A DNA stretch of 64,000 nucleotides from Antedon mediterranea. Lineage: Eukaryota; Animalia; Echinodermata. Below are positions 11,901 through 25,159 of this stretch, piece by piece; position 1 is the stretch's first letter, and the number at the start of each line of letters is the position of its first letter. The stretch is from assembly GCF_964355755.1 (NCBI RefSeq), contig NC_092675.1:3777812-3841811 (forward strand), given 5' to 3'. A program made the position numbers and the translations under genes. The notes beneath the pieces are model-generated. The model had not been told where the DNA came from and made no database searches. It was given only the letters and a program-made list of their open reading frames with translations.

Positions 11901-14900
11901 TTATGAATTAATTTGTCTTTTCAGATGAAATAAATGATTATTTTGGAGTTAAAATAGCAATGTATTTTGCTTGGCTGGGTCGGTACACTACAGCTTTGAT
12001 ACTCCCTGCTATTTTTGGTACGATATTATGGATTACAGAAAGTAATGATGATGTATGTATAATATCTACTAAGTCCTTTAATTGTTGATATTAATAGAAC
12101 ACACTAATATGTTTAGAATATTATAGTAATCATATTCTTCAAGATCATCTCATATTTGTTATTTCTGAAGGATATACAGTGTGCCACTGACTTAAAAATG
12201 TGAATCGAAATAACTAAATGAATAAAATATATTTTATTGCAAGTACTGTAACTATTAATGTTTTATTTTTTTATGTCATTTTTTTATTTTATTCAATTCA
12301 CAACCAACAGAAAAAAAAAACCTTTACTAACAGGCTGAGATAAAACAAAATAATACAATACCAATGTTGTATGCTCAAATATTTATTATTATCATGTCAA
12401 GACATTTTAAGGCAGTGTGCCTATTTATCAAATGTCTCACAATCGTGATTTTAACTCGAAAGTTTGGTGGAATCATACATGATTTATCTATCAAATATTC
12501 ATCTTTAATATCCTTTTTACAGATACAATATCTGTGTAATTATTACGCTATTATTAGCTTATAATAATTAATGTAGCCTTTTGTTGTCACGCTTTTTTCA
12601 GTGCATCACTTTATAATATTCTATATAAATAAACTTAAAGTCTTTTGTGACTTATATAAACCCTCCCCCCACATGATTACTTCATTGTATTTATTATTGT
12701 GTATGTGGAAATAAATTGAATTGAATTTTAATTAATGCATATTTTCAATTTAAAGTGACTTTGTATAATTGAACATTTCAATTATTAATTTTATAGACAA
12801 ATCATGATAAACACATAGTAATCTTCAGTGTTTTCAACATCATCTGGGGTACACTTTATCTGGAGTCTTGGAAACGACGCAGTGCTGAGCTTGCCTACCA
12901 GTGGGGTACATTGGACTCTAAACATGAACTTATTACAGATCCTCGACCTCTGTACACGGTAATTAACTTTTATTTAAATCTTTACCAACCAATTGTTGAA
13001 ACATATATCTGTATTATTAATTTTTTTTTAAATAGTCAAAGAATGCTAAAAACATAAAAGTAGCATCTTTGACTATTTTTTTTTTGTTCAATATGTCATA
13101 ATTTCACACAAATAGTTAAAAAAAATTGTTTACCTGAAAAAAGCAAAAAATAGTTAAATTGGCTGCCAGCCAATGGGTTTTTGGTTGAATTTAACTGTTT
13201 ATTTTGTCATTGTATAAGTTAAAGCATAATTATTTTTCAGGTTTTTTTTCTATGAGTGATTTTGTTAATGTTCATTTTTCATGTATTCATGTTTTTAAAC
13301 TGTTATAGAAGGTACTGTATGTGCATATTAATGTTCTTTTCTATACACATCATTGTATATTAATATCCCAGCAATAATTTTAACTGTATATACGAACTGT
13401 TTTATAAGTTGTTTTGTGACTGTGCAATTTGGTAGTAGTCACTCTCGTACTGTACATTTAAAAGTAACACATCCAAATGCAAACTTTAAGTCAATGGCTA
13501 CCAGATGTCTCTGTGAGACGGTTATTTGAACCAGTACCAGTACCAATAGAGACATTTTTGTTGTATCTTTGTAGGGTGATTTGTTTGAGAGCCCCATTTC
13601 TGGCAGACCAACTCCGTACTATCCAGCCTGGAAGCGGAACCTCTTTAGATATTTTGTTACTCTGCCTGTTATTTGTCTTTGCATTGTCGTCGTCTTTCTT
13701 TCAATGCTTTCAATATTTGAGCTGCAAGAATATGTAAACAAGAAAATTGATGAAGAGCAAATACCAGGGTAAGAAATATTAGTGGTTGAATGGTGGGGTG
13801 TATGCATAGAAAGTAGCTGCATCCAAGTTCAGGTCTCGGTGTGAGGACATTTTTTTTTATCTTTAAACATTGTCTTTTTCATCCATTTGGATTTGAATGA
13901 AATTATCATTAGCTCATATTCGATCGTCCAAAATTTAGAGAAACTCATTTTTCAAGAGCCTTGCTATGTTTGACACTGTTACAGTCATATGTGACGTAGC
14001 TCAACCTGATTGGTGATTCAATGTCCAATCATCTGGGGCTTTGTATAAAAGCTATGCTATAGATTTTAACACGTGCAGTATCCCCCTGCCTTGCATAATG
14101 GCAGGTGTCGCTCCTCCAGCAGAAAAGACCATTGTAATTGATGATTATTCATTGTACTTCTATTTAGTGAATTTTTCATTCTTTTACTGTTTTTCTGTAT
14201 TAATTTAAGATACCATAGTTTAAGGGGGAGGCCGCTTAATTAGCCACTAGCCTTAACGTCTATGTGACTCTGACTCCGGGAGACGTGTCTCCGAATTGTC
14301 ATATATAAATAAATATTTTATACTATTTATAAGGTAAAAAACATATATTTGATAGTTTTTATAGAATTTAACACATACAGTTCACCCTACATCAACATTG
14401 CATAAAGGGAGGTGTCGCTCCTCCACCATTATAAGACCATTGCAATTAATGTGATTATTCATTGTACTTTATATTTATAATGTGAAAACCTTTTTTTTTT
14501 GGTGACTGACTTTTACCTGCTGACACTAATCTTTGTACCCTCTTCATAGCTGGGTAAGCCTTGTACCAAAGGTATTATTAGGAATTTGTATTAACATAAC
14601 TGAAGATTTCTATAAGAAGATTGCAAAGTGGTTGAATGATATGGAAAACTACAGACTTCAAGAAACATATGAAAACCATCTAATAATTAAACTAGTTGTT
14701 GTAAGTACGAAATATGTATTACAATCAAGAAAACTTTAGTATTCTTTTAAAAAAAATATATATTTTTCAGATTTAAGTAAAATAATCGTAAAGTAGTACA
14801 GTATATACTATATAAAATGTAATACTGTATTAGTAGTGTAGCTTGGTGGTTAACGTGCTTGCCTTCCGATCTTAAGATCTATGGTTCAATCCTAACCTTG

Positions 14901-17900
14901 GATTGTAAAGTGGTTGTTGTAACTCACGAATCTTTCAACTCCACTCCCTGAGTCTCAAATTAGACTTAGTTCATGAGCACGATAAATTATAAAATAGTTT
15001 ATCCATTCTGTAATTGGCGAGTTACTTGCTGTTGGATGCGTATGAATTAAATAAATAAATACAATTTTGTTTTCCTTTCAGGTGCAATTTATAAATAATT
15101 TTTTGTCATTATTTTACGTCGCTTTTTATCTTCAAGATATGGCACGACTTAGAGCAGTAAGTTTTTCAATATGGTTATCCTTATTTACTATTTTGGTCAT
15201 TCCCGGGAAGGTGTTAGGGGTTCTGGGGAGTAATGGAGTATCAAAATGATCTTAGCTGGACTGAGAATGTTTTTACATTGGAAAACTGTCACTGAAGAAT
15301 TGTGGGTTGGGAGTAATTTCTTTCATCAACATAACTGCTCTGGAGTTTTGTTTCATTTTGTTTATTTTCCACTCATTTAAATGAAATGAAAACAAAAATA
15401 TGTATACAGAGTATAATATATGGGTGGAAGGAGGTCACAGTATAATAATAACAATGCTACAGTGTAGACTAAAATAAAAATTTTTTAAATGAGAAGGAGT
15501 TAATATTTCAATTTATTATTATTTCAAAAATATAATGCTTTACAGAAAAGAAATGTTTGTTTAAAGTACAATTTGTGAATAGCTTACAATATGTATTTGT
15601 TTTTCAACTTCTGCAGACACTCGCTACACTTTTCATCACAAAGCAAATTATCGGAAATGCCAAGGAAGCCATCTTACCATACATAATGGAAAAAGTTAAG
15701 ATGTATCACATGACCTACAAAATGGCTGAAGAGAACATTAACCTTGATGAAGACAGTGAGGATAATGAGAATTTAAATGAAGGACAGGATGAAATAGACC
15801 AGAAAAATGAACAGCATGAGCAAAAAGGTAAAGTATACTGTACCATGTAATTCAAGATAATAATGTTGAGAAATTTGTGTTGTCATCTTCTAGAGTAATT
15901 CTAGGCTGGAGTTAAAAAAATGCTATGTGCCCATATATGGACATGATCATGTCATATCACTACCATATTTGGATATATCACTACCATATTTGGATATATC
16001 ACTAAAACTCTGTGGCTGTATTCACCAATCATACTTAAGTGAGATCCTTTACTATTTCACTTAAGTAAAATATGTAAGGATATTTTTATTCTCTTAGATA
16101 TAAGACTTTTTTATATCACTACCATATTTGGGCATATCACTATCCTATTTGGGAACATCACACTTTTTTGTCAAACTAGTTTGATAGTGTAGATAGAGCT
16201 TTAGGCAGTGAAGTTGAGGAAAATATAAACAAGTCCATCACTGGGAAATAGTAGCTTCGTTTTTTATTATGATGAATCACTAGGCCAGACAATAGACTGG
16301 GAACCAAGCCAAAGTGCAGTATGTGTTCACACTAGATAAAGAAGGTGTCACGCCATTGTTTTGATTATGAAAAATAAAATATTAAAGCTAATGTAATTTT
16401 AATATTGATCGTGAAAAACGAAACATTTTAGAATGGGTTAACGAAGATGAATTTAATAATAATTTCAGATGAACATTCTGAACTATTCAATGCCAGAAAG
16501 AAATCAACATTTCACTCATTGAAGAAGAATGAATCTGAAATGTTCACGTTAACTCAAGCTGAAGTTGAGAGTTGTATGAAAACTTATGAGGTATTATTTA
16601 CTGTTGTATAGTCATCTCATCTACATATTTCTTTTTTAGTTTCCAACCACAAATTTTAAAGCTACCATACTTGAATTTTAATGTAGTGAAAACCACTTTT
16701 TAGAGCATAGTTCTATTGGTATTTAATAACATTTTGATTAAATAATTACAAATTCCTTAATTCATTTTATTATTCCAGAATTTGAAGACAAAGGGCGGAT
16801 TGCTATAAGCGGTCTATAACCGGTCTTAGCGCTTAGCCGGCTATAATTCGTGACGTAGCAAGTAGTCTTATATTATAGACCATTGCTATACCGCGGTCTA
16901 ACCTGTAAACGGTCTTTAAAATTAAAACCTACTCGAAGGAGTCTTAAAACAGTCTTAAACCTCTCTTTTTGTTGCTTTTACGTATTATTTATTGTCAAAG
17001 ACAACCAATTGAACAAGTTTTAAGTGTTAAATCAAATAATAACGGTGATTTTATTCAATAGGCCTAGAATAGATTTTCTCGTGTATAAATGTACGTACTG
17101 TTATGATTTCTGAATTGAACAAGCGTGACGAACATTACCTTATTTGGTATTCTACGCGCAAAGTACGTCTCAATTTGTTACTTTACGTGGTCTTATTTAA
17201 GACTGTTTTATAGCAATGGTCTATCAGGAGTGGCTTTAATAAGACCGTCTATCTGATAAAGCCGGCTTTAATCGGGGAGTTAAGACCATCAGTTAAGACT
17301 GTTTTATAGCAATCCACCCTAGAAAACATAAATCATTAGTTCAATTTATAGGAAATATAATATTAATAACACATCATAATAAATTACAAAAGAATTATAA
17401 TTCTGTTTGTTTCGTTTGATACTGGGATACTAATACTAGCAGTTGGGCATTTAATGTACATTCCTTTGCATCATAGTGGGCTAGTTAAAGTGAAAATTGG
17501 TGGGTAGTTTTTTAATATGACTTAGTTAAATCTACTGCTAACTTAGGCCTAATTTACACTTGCGATTTGGGTCAAATTTAAGTTCCAAACAACAGCTCCG
17601 AGGATTCATTACTTAAAATTTCAGGCCATTGGTCACGGTTCATTGCATCATGTACTGTAAATAGGGTCTTGCTACTGTAGCCCAGTGGTCTATAAATAAA
17701 AACCCCATCTCATATTTCTATTGTCTCTTTCAGGATACGTTTGATGACTATCTTGAAATGTTAATTCAGTTTGGTTATGTGATCCTGTTTTCATCTGCGT
17801 TCCCATTGGCTGGTATATGCGCTCTTTTGAACAACCTTGTTGAAATACGTACTGATGCCTTTAAGTTATGTACAAGTTTGCAGAGGCCGTTTGGCCAACG

Positions 17901-19792
17901 AGTTGAAAACATAGGAACTTGGCAGGTATGTCAAGACTTTCATATGTTCCTTTTACTATGATTGGATCTCTTTTTTTTATAACACAATGAAGTGTATCAT
18001 TGTCATTTGATTATTTCATTTATTTCACCATAGGGTGGTCCATGCAGCAAAATCTGATGATTATGGACCCTCAGATTACTGTTGATTACATATCATGTAC
18101 CATGCATTATTTTGATCTGGGTGTACATTGTTTGTTCAGTTTTTCTAAATATGTTGAGCATTTTGTGCAATGCAAAGCTGGTGACTGTTTGAAAACCAAT
18201 TCTAAAGCCCTTTATGGGACAAAAAAATATGATGTGCCCATATATGGACACGATGATATCATATCATTACCATATTTGGGCATATCACTACCATATTTAG
18301 GCACAAAGAGCTTAAAGCTTTTTGGGCTATCCAGGAAAATGTTTTGTTTTTTCAACAATTCAAACAAATCCAAATTATTTAATCCAATATTCAATTCCTA
18401 CAATTTATTTACGTTCTTTTTGTCACATTTCAGGATGCAATGGAACTGATGGGTGTAATAGGTGTTCTTGTCAACTTTGGACTCCTTGGTATATCTGGTC
18501 AAATTGAACATGCATTCCCTGGAGTAAGCACTGCCAATGTCATCATGATCATAGTCGTTCTTGAGGTTAGTCCAATTGTTATTCTAAAATCTATTTGTAT
18601 TAGGTTTAAGATTTTGCAAATGGAACATGTTCAACTTGAAGCAACTAAAGCTCTGTCTACGCTATCAAACTATTTTGACAAAAAAAAGTGTACCCAAATA
18701 TGGTAGTGATGTATATATGATACATATATGGGCACATCACATTTGTTTGCATTGCGTTGCATTGTGATGTATTAAGAATGCCTTTTGTTTAAAGTTTCGT
18801 TGCTTTCTTTTCTAGCATATAACTTTAGCCTGTAAGTTTGCAATAGCTTATGCCATTCCAGATATTCCACATTGGGTTTCACTACAGATGGCTAAATTGG
18901 AATTCAACAGAAGAGAAGCGTTAAAGGTATATTCCTTTTACTCTATTATTAGAGCTTTTGTTATTTTGTTTGAAACTCATGACTTGTGGTCCTATTTAAG
19001 TTTACATACAGTTTACATACTGTAGTATCTCATAATGAATATTTATGTGTTGAATGGTGAGAATATTTTGTTGGTTCGAAAGGACGACTTTTCTATTTCG
19101 AGGAACTAGAGCTGAGTTAGACCAGTCACTCTTTCAATGAATGAAGTATTCTCTCTGTTTAAAATGAGCTTTTGTTATTTTGTTCGAAACTGACTTGTGG
19201 AAATCCTATTTATGTTTACAATATATTATCTCATAATTAATGTTTATGTGTTGAATGGTGAGAATATTTCATTGGTTTGAAAGAATGACTGTTCTATTTG
19301 ATGAGGCACTAGAGCTGAGTTAGAGTCACTGTTTCAATGAATGAAGTATTCTCTCTGTTTTAAATGAAACCTGTTTAAATGAAACATTTATTCAATCAAT
19401 CTGCTGCTTTCATATAGGTATAGCAACACACACACACACAAATATCTTCTGAAGACTAATATTATTTTTCAATTTTGTCTTTTTTGAATTTTGAATTTTT
19501 TTTTTTTTTTTCATATTTTGCATCTTCTTAGAAACTTGATCAAGCTGTTTTGGCAAGTGCCAAGGAAAACAAAGAGAAAATAACAAAAACGCATGAAGAA
19601 CACTGTTCTAGCCCGACAACGAAAGAACTTAAGAAGCCTGAGCCAGGCAAGGTTTGGCCTACTGCTATGACCGAAACTGCTGCTAACTTTAAACTGTATG
19701 CCGGGCTACGTCCGGTTGACGAGGTTGACAAGGATTATCTTAATGAAGACTTTCAAAATAGTAAACCATTGGATGAAAAAAAGGATGATTAA
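5962..19792 (+). CDS. ANO8: Anoctamin-8 (TMEM16H) ortholog, 16 coding exons, ~797 aa
   Basis: GT-AG exons with compatible phases: 5962-6019, 8070-8313, 9119-9257, 9568-9664, 11148-11264, 11925-12052, 12797-12958, 13575-13768, 14550-14700, 15082-15156, 15617-15827, 16469-16590, 17734-17925, 18434-18565, 18816-18926, 19532-19792. Motifs [79 protein letters not shown] closely resemble ANO8. Confidence 0.93.
6090..6430. mobile_element. TTAA-flanked MITE family (ttaaagatgtattgtcccc end), partial copy; others at ~13060-13290 and 51260-51569
   Basis: Shares ttaaagatgtattgtccccctgaa, attatttacctgaaaaa and gccagccaatggatttt blocks with 51260-51569. Confidence 0.7.
7631..7813. mobile_element. MITE family C (AAGCNTGGTTCCCACTAG TIR, internal acgca repeats)
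   Basis: taagcggggttcccactagcgacgcaac ... gttctagtgggaaccaagctta. Related copies at 23248-23462, 28146-28386, 30946-31075 and 47948-48040. Confidence 0.8.
9301..9460. mobile_element. MITE family A (TIR AGCTCTGTCTACACTATCAAACT, TAA/TTA flanks; Tourist/PIF-Harbinger-like)
   Basis: taaagctctgtctacactatcaaac ... gtttgatagtgtagacagaacttta with internal 20-bp atatcactaccatatttggg repeats. Other full or partial copies at ~15920, 18202, 18646, 22960, 28186, 32577, 33968, 35187, 36080, 38805, 40646, 44080, 46382, 49429, 50212, 53091, 54052, 57888, 59180. Confidence 0.9.
9716..9900. mobile_element. MITE with AAGGCCAACTCAGAC TIR; second copy 44660-44834
   Basis: ttaaggccaactcaagc...gtctgagttggccttta at both sites, with similar interiors. 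Confidence 0.8.
9918..10045 (+). mobile_element. Truncated tRNA-derived SINE (same family as 47172-47487)
   Basis: ggcatgtgacgcagtgtattagacgttggac...gtccaaatccaac...gcattgcttgtatc aligns to the SINE head. Confidence 0.7.
11232..11790 (+). repeat. ~120-bp tandem repeat (5 copies) containing the 3' end of ANO8 exon 5 and its splice donor
   Basis: ggtacaggctgtatttaaaaaacaacccttag|gtaaaa recurs with donors after 11264, 11384, 11496 and 11619; the last copy is degenerate. Confidence 0.95.
16792..17320. mobile_element. ~530-bp non-autonomous DNA transposon with AGGGYGGATTGCTATAA TIRs
   Basis: agggcggattgctataag ... ttttatagcaatccaccct, plus an internal inverted gaccattgctata / tatagcaatggtc pair. 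Confidence 0.75.
18952..19365. repeat. ~213-bp tandem duplication in the last ANO8 intron
   Basis: gagcttttgttattttgtt...aatgaatgaagtattctctctgttt occurs twice (from ~18952 and ~19166). Confidence 0.9.
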
Positions 19793-22700
19793 ATTTTACA
19801 AATTATGTTATATAGAATAAAATATGATTAGGTTTATAATTTTTATTTATAACATTTTACCTATAGATAAAGCAATTTTTTAGCATAGATTTTGCCACTG
19901 TGATTTCAGCAGCCAATATCACAGAAATGTATTCAAACAAATATTCATTCAGACTACAGTCTAAAGAATATTCCATTATATTTTAGGTAATTTCAATGAC
20001 AGCATGGCAATGAATTGTTTATCCAAGTATCCATCTAGACTATCAACATGACCAGCTTTACCTTTTCTGGGTACATTGTATGTTCAGTAAAAATAGCAAA
20101 AAATTATAGATGGTTGTATTTGTTGAACTTGTTTTATTGAAATATAAATAAACTATTGCAATGGTTAGAATAGTACTATAGATATTAGATTTTAAAGCAC
20201 TTGATATACTTGTGTGTAAAACTAACTATACGCACAATTATATTTGTTCTAAGAGATTTTCTTTAATAGTTATAAAATACAATATATGTTACCTGAAATA
20301 CGGTAGTAATCAATCAATCAATCAATCGTTCGATTTATATAGTGCCATTCCAACATTCATTGCTCATGGCACTGTAGAAAAAATCAGAAAAGGTGAGTTT
20401 TGAGTAGTGACTTAAAGTGACTCAATAATGATGTGTGTTTAATGTAATGTAAAACTATGAAATATATAAAAAGACATATTCTCTTAACTCATCTAAAGAA
20501 ATTTCAATTATAATATAGACGAAATACTGTAAAAGTATTTGGAAACCAATTGACCCTAGTTTTTACTAATTTTCTACTCCATTCTGGAAAACTAATGATA
20601 TATCTGAGAGATGGGTTTCCTGTATGCAAAGTAATAATAGATTGGTATTCTACCTATTATGTGGTAATTATGTTTTCACCATAAATTATAGCAAAAATAG
20701 ATTAGTACTATTGAATGTTAAAATATAGCAATTTTGCCACTTGTATCTTGAATTAAGGTTTATACTATTGATTGAAAAGGATTTTAAGTAGCTAGTTTAA
20801 AACAGGTGTTAGAATAATATTTATAATATATTGTTGAAAACTAAATGCTTGCTGTACAACATGTAAAATCTGCCCATCCAATACATGTACAGTTTCATGT
20901 CTAGCGACAGTAAAAAGCCAGAAGTGTTGTGTCTGTGGCGTAAACCTTTGTCCCACATAGGCTATACTGTGAGATTATTTAGAGGGTTTCAGTCAGCAGA
21001 TATCATACTGCTTGAAGTTTATTGCCCCTAGGCATGATAAATACAAGAATATCATGATACCTGTTATATGACGTTTTACTGTAGTATTTATCATAGTTAC
21101 CAGATTATCAATTTAAAATGTGCTATTTTAAAATTCATTTTATTTATATTTATCAGTGACTTTCTAGTGAATTGTGTGAGTCAGAAGATATAAAAATAGA
21201 TTATTTAGTTATGGAGTGATTTGGACAGGATTCGATCCAGGATTTTGAGATTGTTAGGCTAGCATCTTGCCTATTAACATTTCAGAATAATTCAACTTCT
21301 AATTCATAAGCATATTCTATAATTTCAATTCTATTATATACGAAATGTGTTTTAAAATATTATTAATTAATAAATCGTCTATTAAACCAAAAGAATGAAT
21401 TATTAAAATATGAAAGCAATAACATATCAAAAAACAAAGCTCTCCGCCAAAGCAAAACAAAGCAGTTTAAAATTAATTTTAATTATTTATCAACAGGCAT
21501 ACAGGTTATTTTTCATTTTTTAAAGTAAAAAGTGTGCTTTTTTAGTTAACGCTAAGTGCAATATCTATATCATACTCTGTGTGTGTAACAAAGATGATTT
21601 TATGTTTTATTGCGAAAACGATTATTACGATTTATTAAGATACAGTTCATACTCCCAGATCTTTTATCATTAAAGCATTTATTTTCATTATATTGATTAG
21701 CAGTTTTAACAATTTATATAAAAAATGTATATGTTTTAATTATTTTAATAATTTATTTTGTAAGCGATATATTTTTAGGTGGTATGTAATGGATATTATA
21801 ATGTGTTAGTGTGCTACATTATGTTGAATTAATGTGTTTAATTTAATTTTAAAGTATTATTCCGCTTTACATATTATATATGTACATTTATTTAAATTTG
21901 ACTAGGCTAGTATTACTGTTTGTGTAAACGCCAAACTTTTACAATACTTGTAGTACTCAAGGTCAAAGTTCAGAAACCCTTTCTCTATCATTTACGGATT
22001 TTATTAACAATTGAGCCAAAACTGATATGAATTGAGACTCATTTACATAACTCTATGATTATTATTATTATTAATTGTTAAGAAAATCAGTTTACACAAT
22101 TTACCTGTGAAGTTGTTTTACTGAAGAAGTTAAACTTTACATTAATTTTATATGGAGAAGTGTGCTTTTTATTAAATTAAGATATATATATAGTTTACTT
22201 TAAAATATGTAGTCTGCTTTATTAATATATATTATAGTTATGTTATCCTTTAGTCGGAATTATGGTATTATTTTTTTTTTATTTTTCAATCTTTCATTCA
22301 AGAAGTAAATATGATTTAGTTTTATGTTTTCAGTATTACAATTGTGTATGTTTCTTTCATCATTTATCATCAAAACCTAGTTTATTTGGTGGGTTTTCTT
22401 GTAATTTCAGGTTGTTCATTTGGTTTTATTTTACATTCCAACAGTAAGCGACATTCCTGAATCCATCCCCAACAATTCAAATTCTGCCATTTTATAGTAA
22501 CATAAGGTAAATCTGGCTTATACCAATCTATTTCTGGTTTATTACCATTATCTAAACTGTATTACCGTTATGAACAAATATATGTTAATTGCTTTTTTAT
22601 TTCTTGATTGTTTCATAAATGTAGTGATAGTATCTGTTTTCATTCAGTGTATTTTTATCATTATTATATAATTATTTTAGGATAATTTAAGATTAATCAT

Positions 22701-23247
22701 GGTTATAATTTGTTCAATAATAAGTTTATGTGCCAAAATATGGTAAGGGTATTTCATTTCAAAAGACATTTATTTTCCTCCATAGCAAAACAATACAAAA
22801 ATATAAACAGAAATGGTAAGGTATATTAAAAAGGAAATAGATGATTGTTGGATATACAAAAGAAAAGTGAATTTAAGAAAATTGGCTATGGAGGAAGGCA
22901 TAATCCCGAGAAGATGAGGAAATCTTGTGCTGGGTATGCCTATGCAAATAAAATGGATGTGTATGATGTTATGTGTCCATATATGGGCACATCACATTTT
23001 GTTGTCACATAGTTTGATAGTGTAAACAGAGCTTAAGATACATACAACTTCAACTTGTATGGGTTTTTTTTGCTGCAATATTAGTAAAACCTTTTAGTTG
23101 CATTGAAAGGTTTCATAGCTCACCGGGGTTACTGTGTAATAGTAACCATTGTAATCAATCATTGGAACTCGTATTTTACAATAAATTAGAACAAAATGCT
23201 AATAGTAAAGTGTGTATTGTGTCAGATGTTTCTATATATGAATAATA

Positions 23248-23462
23248 GAGCTTGGTTCCCACTAGCAACGCAACGTAACGCAACCTACGCAACGTAAGAA
23301 AATGCTCTCCCAATAATTGTGTTTGCCCCGCCTGCGTGAAATCAAACCTGCGATTTTTGCAGCACTGCTTCATGTTCCCACTTGTGATTACGCAATACAT
23401 CACTTTGCGTCGATACGTCGCTGTTTTACGTTGCGTTGCTTTCTAGTGGGAACCACGCTTTA
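23248..23462. mobile_element. MITE family C, full-length copy
   Basis: gagcttggttcccactagcaacgcaac ... ctagtgggaaccacgcttta. Confidence 0.85.
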
Positions 23463-24034
23463 ATGCGCAACATGTTATGGTGATGAGGATATCCGACACG
23501 GAAACCTTCCATTAGTACTGTCTGAGGGATGAAGTCTTCGGTGACGGTGCCGTCTGATGAAAGTCTGACCATGATCCAAGAAAATGAAAAAAAATACAAA
23601 CTCTACTAATAGAAAAATAGTAATAAAGCATGAGTGGACATTTTGAGTAGAAAATGCAATTTATCTTTTCTAGGCCTACAGACTTAATGTTGTAACAACA
23701 TTTTTAAGCAACTTGAAAAAATACACTAGAAAGTTTTTAGACTTCCCAAGATCATACTTAAAAGGTCAGCAGGCATTAATTAGGTTCGATGTTATATTGT
23801 TCGGTCTGTTTATGGATGCCATAGAGGCCAAACATTGAAAATGTGCTCAAAAGCATTTACAACGTGTAAAATAATTATCTCTGCTCATGACTCTTGAATT
23901 TTTAGACAGGTTAAGACTGTAATAACTGTTTACATTTCACGTCCTAACGTATTTTTATGTGCCGACAATAACTACAAGAATAGGTCGGAGAAAACGGAGA
24001 AAGGCGGGTTTTTTTTCAAATGATTTAATAGTAA

Positions 24035-25037
24035 TTAAACAAGGCACTCATATGATAAAAGAATCAAACAAATGTTGTTGATAAACAACGTTAAGAAATA
24101 AGCAAAAATTAAGAATACTATAAACAAACTGATTTCAAAGAACAACAAATCACAATAGTAGGTATTCGAAATAGTATCCGTAGATGGCGAGATGACTTGA
24201 AATTCTCTCTCATCAAATCCGGTCTTTGTTATTTGTCCTTTCAGCGCATAATCTTCGGAATTTGCTCCTGCAAAAAATAATAATAAAATACACTTATTTA
24301 ATTGTATGATTATGAGAGAAGTTGCTCAGTTACTACTTAGATACAACCAATTTCTACCTTATAGGGCTACATTGGTTTTGGAAAAACGTGTTTTAAAACA
24401 GAGAAAGTCTTAATATTCATTCGACAGAAAATACATCGCGTGGAATTGTTCATAATCACAAAAAGCTTAGGAGCTTATTTCTATTGGGATCCTTTTAGAA
24501 AGAATGATGATTCTGATATATCAAGTACACTTTATTATTTTTACCACAGTAATATATAACTTCAAATTAAATTAACAAAAATTCTGTGTTACAATTAACT
24601 TGTCTGGGATCTGTGGAAATTGAACAAGTAAGAAAGAAAACTCTTACAATTTGAGCAAAACTCCATTTTCTCTACTCTCCACAAATCCGCTTTGGAAAAG
24701 GGGAAGGTCTCTTGTAACATATGTTCGTGGATATGAAATGGTATGGTAACACATGTATACATTTAAATGAAGATAGGCCTAGCATACCTTCTAATAAAGA
24801 AATTCGCAAATTCCCTTTCTTTATGATAGACCTGCTGTCTACACTCGCAGCAACAGTCTGTGCTCTATGAAATATACCATTGTCTTCGTTGTGTTGCTGC
24901 TCACTGAATATAGAATCGGAAAACAAACTGTCCACGTCACAACTTCTTCCAAAAGCACAACTAATTAATTCGTTTAATTGTAATTCAAACTTCTTTGAAC
25001 CAAGATCAGGTTGACTGTTTTTTACAGATGAATTCAT
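24035..25037 (-). CDS. Candidate orphan two-exon gene, ~160 aa, hydrophobic C-terminus
   Basis: Exon 25037-24788 (MNSSVKNSQPDLG...ISLLE, donor AAG|gtatgc) joins in phase to exon 24267-24035 (acceptor tttttgcag|; GANSEDYALKGQITKTGFDEREFQVISPSTDTISNTYYCDLLFFEISLFIVFLIFAYFLTLFINNICLILLSYECLV*). No homology recognised. Confidence 0.4.
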
Positions 25038-25130
25038 GATTGTTTAATTCCCAACAAAACAATACAAATAAAAATTACATTATAATCATTGTTTATACTA
25101 CTATTAACAAACTACATATTTGTTTTCATC

Positions 25131-25159
25131 GTTGCTATGAACACTTTTACCATGGTAAC
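25131..25159. promoter_or_regulatory. RFX X-box-like elements
   Basis: TTTACCATGGTAAC (25146-25159) is one mismatch from GTTNCCATGGNAAC, with GTTGCTATG adjacent at 25131, ~100-120 bp upstream of the candidate ATG at 25037. Confidence 0.45.

Noticed and set aside
23550-23570. CTGATGAAAGTC as a second hammerhead
   Set aside because: No stem II between CUGAUGA and GAAA.
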